Assembly: GCA_963758525.1 (NCBI GenBank)
Contig: CAVWVQ010000003.1
Span: 2,752,001-2,816,000, forward strand
From: an uncultured Phycisphaerales bacterium
GTDB lineage: Bacteria > Planctomycetota > Phycisphaerae > Tepidisphaerales > Tepidisphaeraceae
Direction: 5' to 3'
Length of the DNA: 64,000 nucleotides
In this document: positions 59,072 to 64,000 of the stretch, piece after piece
Layout of the letters: each line of letters opens with the position of its first letter
Position numbering within the stretch: the first letter of the stretch is position 1
Program-made: the position numbers and the translations under genes
Notes under the pieces: generated by a model
The model's input: only the letters and a program-made list of their open reading frames with translations
Told to the model about the DNA's origin: nothing
Databases searched by the model: none

Positions 59072-59464
59072 ATGAAATTAGTGGCGGCGATGTTGATCAG
59101 TGCGCTCGGACTAGTCGCAGTCATCGCCGGAGTGCTGGGCGCGAAGATGGCCCGCGTGCATCCGCCGCAGGCGGTTTTGCAGAATGCTGCCGCGGATGAC
59201 GGCACCGGGCAGGCGACGCATCCGGCAACCTCGCCGATCACGATGCAAGCGACCACGATAGCGCATCGCGAAGAATCGAAAGCTGCCGCCAAGCGGCGCG
59301 CTCGTCCTCTCCGCCAGCGCCGCCCGCATCCATGCCACAACCCATTGAGATCTTCGCGCGCTGCGCAAATTTTCCCGGGCAGGCGATCAGCCAAAAGATC
59401 AAGAGCCGCGAAGACGCGAAGCCGCGAAGACAAACGCGAAGGAAGACAATTCAATTGCACCTGA
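59072..59464 (+). CDS. Hypothetical exported protein whose 3' end runs into a repeat
   Basis: Hydrophobic N-terminus MKLVAAMLISALGLVAVIAG; low-complexity remainder. Confidence 0.4.
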   Translation: MKLVAAMLISALGLVAVIAGVLGAKMARVHPPQAVLQNAAADDGTGQATHPATSPITMQATTIAHREESKAAAKRRARPLRQRRPHPCHNPLRSSRAAQIFPGRRSAKRSRAAKTRSREDKREGRQFNCT

Positions 59465-59558
59465 AACCCCAAGGCGCAATTCCTTGGGCTTCGATCCCGC
59501 ATTTTTGATTTTCTTACCTTCGCGTCTCTCTTCGCGTCTTCGCGTCTTCGCGGCTCTT
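59401..59558. repeat. MITE-like element, family D: about 42-bp imperfect inverted arms built of (CGCGAAG) units, with an internal hairpin
   Basis: AAGAGCCGCGAAGACGCGAAG... (59401-59442) versus ...CTTCGCGTCTTCGCGGCTCTT (59517-59558); CCCAAGG/CCTTGGG inside. Confidence 0.8.
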
Positions 59559-59566
59559 CGTTTTGG

Positions 59567-59947
59567 TTGCGGCCGAGCGAAGCGAGGCAGCGCTGGGGCT
59601 ATCAGCTTCATCTCGACGGGCGCGGCGATGGGCAGATCGTTTATTGGGTCGATCTGCACGAGTACATCGAATGGCCCGCGGGATGCCCGCGGAGCGGCAA
59701 GTTTACGATCGAACTGACATACTCTTGCGCGAAGGAGGCGGGCGGTCTGTTTCAGATCAACGCCGGCCCGTTTGTGCTGCACGGCCATGCGAGGCCGACG
59801 GGGGACTGGAAGACATACCGAACGATCAGTGTCGGCACGATCACGCTCGATCAGGATCGCACCACGATCCTGCTGCAGTGCGAAGGAGCCTTGCACGGCG
59901 CGCTGATGAACGTGAAGCAGCTTCGGCTGATTCCCGAGCCGCGGTAA
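59567..59947 (+). CDS. Carbohydrate-binding-like beta-sandwich domain (CBM6-like), probably a gene fragment
   Basis: YWVD..EYIEW...GKFTIELTYSC...GG...TGDWKTY....VGTITL...LMNVKQLRL. Confidence 0.6.
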   Translation: MRPSEARQRWGYQLHLDGRGDGQIVYWVDLHEYIEWPAGCPRSGKFTIELTYSCAKEAGGLFQINAGPFVLHGHARPTGDWKTYRTISVGTITLDQDRTTILLQCEGALHGALMNVKQLRLIPEPR

Positions 59948-59970
59948 AACGCGCTGGCACGCGCCTCACC

Positions 59971-60888
59971 TCAACCTGATTCCGAAATCACCGCCGACAT
60001 CACGTGCTCTTCCCCCGGCGCGAGCGCGACTGCATGCTCGGCCGCATTGGCGGTTTCGATGCAGAGCATGGAGGGCCATTCCTCGTCGCCGAAATCGGCC
60101 ATCGCTTTGGCTTTGGCAATCCAGGGATTCCAGACGACTGTCGCGGCCGAGCCGGTCTTGGCGACGGTGATCTGACGGCCGGTGGATTCTTCGACGATCA
60201 CTGTGTCTGGAGTTCCCAGATAGACGCGGTCGGTCTCGCCCGCGATGGCAATCGGCTCGGGCCCCTGTCGCATGCGTTTGCCGGCCAGCATTTTGTCCAG
60301 ATAGTCGCGGCCGGAGAGACCCTCGATCTTGAGAAGCCGAACGTCGCTCACGGCCAGATACGTGTGGAACGCTTCTTCATACGTGAACGGCGAATCGCCG
60401 GTGTTGCGGACGGCAAGCCGCATCTCCAGTTGCGGACCGATATGGGCCACGAAGCGCAGCTCGAATTCATGCGGCCAGAGCTTTCGCGTGGCAGCTGAGG
60501 CGGCGAGTGTCAGCGCGACGCTCACGCCGCCGCGTTCCTGGCGGATGGATCGAAGCTCCCACTCGCTGGTTCGGGCAAACCCGTGCGCGGGTAGCTTCGA
60601 GTCTCCTGGATGCGGGCCGAACCAGGGGAAGATCAATGGCACTCCGCCGCGGATCGGCTTGTCCGGCGCGAACAGACTTGCCCTGCTCCGGAAAAGAAGT
60701 GGTTTGCCTTTGGGCGGTCTGACCTGTGTAACGTGCGCGCCGTGCAGATAGATCTCGCCATAGGCGCCGGCGACATCGACCACAACCCGGCGCAATCCTC
60801 CTTCGCCCGGCTCGATGCGGGCGACGCCTGGGATCTGGAACTGGTCGTATTCCGAAACGCTTTGGGAGGAGTTGGTCGGATCAGTCAT
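59971..60888 (-). CDS. D-hexose-6-phosphate mutarotase (YeaD-like)
   Basis: GAHV, IRGGVPLIFPWFG, HGFAR, AFHTY, ETDRVY, VVWNPW, MLCIE. Confidence 0.93.
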   Translation of the reverse strand: MTDPTNSSQSVSEYDQFQIPGVARIEPGEGGLRRVVVDVAGAYGEIYLHGAHVTQVRPPKGKPLLFRSRASLFAPDKPIRGGVPLIFPWFGPHPGDSKLPAHGFARTSEWELRSIRQERGGVSVALTLAASAATRKLWPHEFELRFVAHIGPQLEMRLAVRNTGDSPFTYEEAFHTYLAVSDVRLLKIEGLSGRDYLDKMLAGKRMRQGPEPIAIAGETDRVYLGTPDTVIVEESTGRQITVAKTGSAATVVWNPWIAKAKAMADFGDEEWPSMLCIETANAAEHAVALAPGEEHVMSAVISESG

Positions 60889-61729
60889 GTGTTTCGAGAA
60901 GGCGCTTCGTTGCCACGGCGGCGCGAGCTTTGCGTCGTCCGGGGAAGAGCGCCTCTCGGAGAAACAGCATAACATAGGTCGAGTTCATGACCAGATAGCG
61001 TTTCCAGAGTCGGCCCGGCTCCTGCGTCAGGCGGAACAGCCATTCGAGCCCGCGCTTCTGCATCCACGCGGGAGCGATCTTTTTGGTGCCGGCGTGAAAA
61101 TCGAACGCCGCGCCGACGCAGAGTTGAACGGCTTGGATCGAGTCGCGATGTTCGAACGCGAACACTTCCTGCCGAGGAGAACCGGTGCCCAGGAACAACA
61201 GCCCTGCCCCGCTGCCATTGATACGTTCGACGGCAGCGCGATCTTCTTCGGGCGTCAAGGGACGAAAGGGCGGCGATTCTGCGCCGGCGATGTGCAGATC
61301 GGGAAATTCGGTTAACAGACGTTCCTGAAGCTTTTCCAGGACGTCGGGAGTGCTGCCGAACAGGTAGATGCCGACGCCAGCCTCGGCCGCGGCGCGGCAA
61401 AGCCGCCAGGTGAGCTCGGGGCCGTAGACGCGGTCGGTCAGCCCGGTCTTATAGAAGTAATTGAGTGCCCACCGAACGGGCTGGCCATCGGGAGCGACGA
61501 TGTCAAACTGATTGAGACGGGCCAGATGCTTCGGATCCTGCACGGCTGGGATCAGCCCGTGGACCGGCATGAAGTCGATAAGGGCCGCCTGCCTGTTCTG
61601 CGCGGCAGCGATCACCTTTTCAACGACCTCGTCGTAGCAAGTGGCACTCACCTGCACTCCAAAAATGTCGTGCTTTGCGGGCCAGACGATGAGGGCGGGG
61701 ATATCCATGAGGTTGCAGGTTGTGGTCAC
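60881..61729 (-). CDS. WecB/TagA/CpsF family glycosyltransferase
   Basis: PDGQPVRW, RVYGPEL, SPPF, G.GSPRQE, VGAAFDF, GLEWLFRL.QEP.RLWKRY. Confidence 0.93.
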   Translation of the reverse strand: MTTTCNLMDIPALIVWPAKHDIFGVQVSATCYDEVVEKVIAAAQNRQAALIDFMPVHGLIPAVQDPKHLARLNQFDIVAPDGQPVRWALNYFYKTGLTDRVYGPELTWRLCRAAAEAGVGIYLFGSTPDVLEKLQERLLTEFPDLHIAGAESPPFRPLTPEEDRAAVERINGSGAGLLFLGTGSPRQEVFAFEHRDSIQAVQLCVGAAFDFHAGTKKIAPAWMQKRGLEWLFRLTQEPGRLWKRYLVMNSTYVMLFLREALFPGRRKARAAVATKRLLETHD

Positions 61730-61777
61730 CGTGATATATCGGCCCGGAACCGGCAGCAGGCAAGTCCCTGGAGCGGA

Positions 61778-61808
61778 AAAGCCCAGGGAGCAATGCTCCC
61801 TGGGCTTT
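61778..61808 (-). terminator. 14-bp stem hairpin with short U-run, possible intrinsic terminator or stabiliser
   Basis: AAAGCCCAGGGAGC-aat-GCTCCCTGGGCTTT just downstream of the sugar transferase stop. Confidence 0.55.
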
Positions 61809-61832
61809 CTTCTAAAGGTTGCCGAATTTGAG

Positions 61833-63170
61833 TTATCGGGCGCCGCGTCGCAGGAGCACTGCCGGTACGGTCATCACCAAGAGCGAGAGATCGTGCAGAA
61901 TCGTGCGGCGGCGGATGTATTCGACGTCCATCCGGATCCACTCGGCGAAGCTCACCGTCGAGCGGCCTTTGACCTGCCAGATGCAGGTGAGGCCCGGGGT
62001 TACGTCGAGCCGGCGCCGCTGCCATTGAAGGCAACGTTCGGCTTCCTCAATCGGCAGCGGCCGGGGACCGACCAGGGACATCTCGCCCTTGATCACGTTC
62101 CACAACTGCGGAAGCTCATCGAGGCTGGTCTTGCGAAGCAGCCGACCCAGAGGGGTAATTCGGGGATCGTTCTTCAGTTTGAAGGCCGGACCGTCCTGTT
62201 CACTGAGTTGGCGAAGTGCCTTGAGCTTTGCCTCGGCGCCGACGACCATCGTGCGAAACTTGTGAATCTTGAACGGCTTTCCGCCCAGACCAGCCCGGTC
62301 CTGGCTGAAGAAGACCGGATCACGCGGGCTGCTCAGTTTCATAATCACCGCGATCAGTGCCATGACCGGGAGGAAACAGGCAAATATCACCAAGCCGCAG
62401 GCAAGATCGAGAACGCGTTTCCACTTGGGCATCGGGTGCACAAGGAACTCGTGGATCGACTCAGCCGGCAAGCCCTCGGATGCGTGCTCATCGGCTAAAC
62501 CGCGCGCCAGCGCCGGCATCAGGTCGGATCGCTTGAGATCCGCGATGGCGATGCTGGTGGCAGCGCCGCCATCGCCGACCGTGCGAAACACCGCGCCAGC
62601 ACGATGCGACGTCCCATTGACGCGGTCATGCCCCACGTGCAGTCGGCCGTTGCCGCCGCCGGTGTGATGATCGTTGTCGTCGAACCGGTCCACCCGCGAA
62701 TGATTCGCGGTGGCGGAGAAAGCCGAATCCTCCGCCGTCAGCAGGTTGCCCGGATAGCTGTAGACGACAGCAAGCGGGCGCGTTCCCTTGCGTTCAACGA
62801 GGTCACAGACACTGTTCATGAAAATCTGGGCGCCCTGCACCGAGGTGTCGGGCAGCAGGCCGCAGATGTAATGATTGCTGAACCAGCCGACCTCGTCGGT
62901 CAGCCGAGCCCGCGAGAGAATGGTACGAGCCAGACGGTGCGTCGAGACCGACGTTCGCTTCTGGTTCTTCACGCGGAACAGGACCAGCGAGAATTCCCGG
63001 CCGTTGCGGTCCGCACGGGCACACTCCCGGCGAATCAACAGGTCCAGAACTTCCCGCGGCACCAGTTCTTCAGTACTACGGTTCACACTCGAACGGAGAA
63101 TCCGTTCGTTTGTTGGCGATGACGGTTGCATTGCATTAACCTTCCCTCTATCAGCGTTATGAGCTACCAC
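61833..63170 (-). CDS. Priming sugar (phospho)transferase with N-terminal degenerate GGDEF-like domain
   Basis: C-terminus: KRVLD, FFSQDRAG, KFRTM, DPRIT, RKTSLDELPQL, MSLVGPRP, PGLT. N-terminus: RECARADR...FSLVLF...RLTDEVGW...LLPDT..QGA. Confidence 0.92.
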   Translation of the reverse strand: MVAHNADRGKVNAMQPSSPTNERILRSSVNRSTEELVPREVLDLLIRRECARADRNGREFSLVLFRVKNQKRTSVSTHRLARTILSRARLTDEVGWFSNHYICGLLPDTSVQGAQIFMNSVCDLVERKGTRPLAVVYSYPGNLLTAEDSAFSATANHSRVDRFDDNDHHTGGGNGRLHVGHDRVNGTSHRAGAVFRTVGDGGAATSIAIADLKRSDLMPALARGLADEHASEGLPAESIHEFLVHPMPKWKRVLDLACGLVIFACFLPVMALIAVIMKLSSPRDPVFFSQDRAGLGGKPFKIHKFRTMVVGAEAKLKALRQLSEQDGPAFKLKNDPRITPLGRLLRKTSLDELPQLWNVIKGEMSLVGPRPLPIEEAERCLQWQRRRLDVTPGLTCIWQVKGRSTVSFAEWIRMDVEYIRRRTILHDLSLLVMTVPAVLLRRGAR

Positions 63171-64000
63171 ACGGCACCTTTGGCTACCGGCCTGATCGTC
63201 GCCTCGTGCGATTAACCCAGCCGGAACAGAACCTCGGAACCACGTCGCGTTTCACCGAAGCGAATCAAACCCACTCGATTCGTTCCAGAGCGCAAAAAAA
63301 ACAACTCTTTGCCGCGACGCACACTACCCACACGCAAGTAATCAAATATCCCTGATCGTTTGTCAAAACCCACAAAAAATCTTTTTCGCCCAGAGCGGAT
63401 CATACCCGAGTCGGGCGAAGCCATAGGAAATGTCTGCTCGTTCACCACAAATAGCTCTTAATCCGGTTCAAAACAAGTGGGAAAATGCCGGATGGTTGCA
63501 CCTGCGGTGTTACCCATCCTGCGCAGCTTACCCGTCTGCATCTACTTACCAGATAAGGACTACAGTTTACCTAGACTCGCAGTCCAATAACGAATTAGCG
63601 TAATGCGAAAGCGGTGCCAAGGTGCATGGCCCATCCAACTGCCGTGGCGTGCTGCTGGACGAGGTGCGCGACGAAAATGGCAATTTCCGCCGCCTCGTTT
63701 CTAGGCGAACACCGTCCCACGCGTTGAACAAAGGCATATTCGACCACCTGATGAGCATGTATCGAAGTTGTTCGCAAGCAAAATATCAGTTTCGCAAAAA
63801 ATTCCTTATTTGCGGATTTCGGGCACTCTCTGCAGAGCTAACGGTGTCAAAACTACGCCCCACAATTCCCTATTATCGTTAAAGGCGTATTAAAAGATTC
63901 AGTTGAACTCAAAGGCGTCCCTTGCCATCACCATCGGACGGTTTTGCCCGATGTTCAACAGGAAGCCCGCTGCCATGAAACTGGCGACAAGGCTGCTGCC

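Noticed and set aside
63181..63192. ops/JUMPStart-like element upstream of the EPS genes (GGCCGGTAGCCA on the minus strand)
   Set aside because: Imperfect match to GGCGGTAG and too short to support on its own
63200..64000. Short ORFs or an ncRNA in the AT-richer terminal region
   Set aside because: No coding signature or recognisable RNA motif; most likely the upstream regulatory region of the sugar transferase operon

Overview
A GC-rich bacterial window, most likely from a planctomycete (Phycisphaerae/Tepidisphaerales-like). This is inferred from a DUF1559/H-X9-DG prepilin protein, a YdjY-domain protein and TTRP/STQP/TTAP linkers in secreted proteins. Bases 1 to about 14,100 look like one arm of an integrated phage/ICE-like element. 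It carries a WGR-domain gene, a compact ubiquitin-like conjugation cassette (Ubl ending ...EGA, E2-like protein with a six-CxxC tail, JAB/MPN protease, ThiF/E1), duplicated small genes sharing a leader hairpin, a PD-(D/E)XK nuclease and cargo (G1 glutamic peptidase, UDG-fold protein, tandem zinc microproteins). The rest is chromosomal: nfeD-floA, glycosyltransferases and a hydrolase, a low-GC island of secreted-protein genes (about 31.6-36.4 kb), an RND pump, a class III FBPase and an exopolysaccharide region whose priming transferase carries a degenerate GGDEF domain with an intact RxxD site. There is also an NAD-centred cluster, pncB-pncA-kptA, in which KptA is fused in frame to the C-terminal domain of an Xre/MbcA/ParS antitoxin directly upstream of a RES toxin. 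Four families of REP/MITE-like palindromes occur between genes. Many genes have single-base frameshifts, often in short G/C runs, which suggests long-read consensus error, so all pseudogene calls are tentative. All family assignments are from motif recognition by eye; no database searches were run. I found no rRNA, tRNA or CRISPR array.
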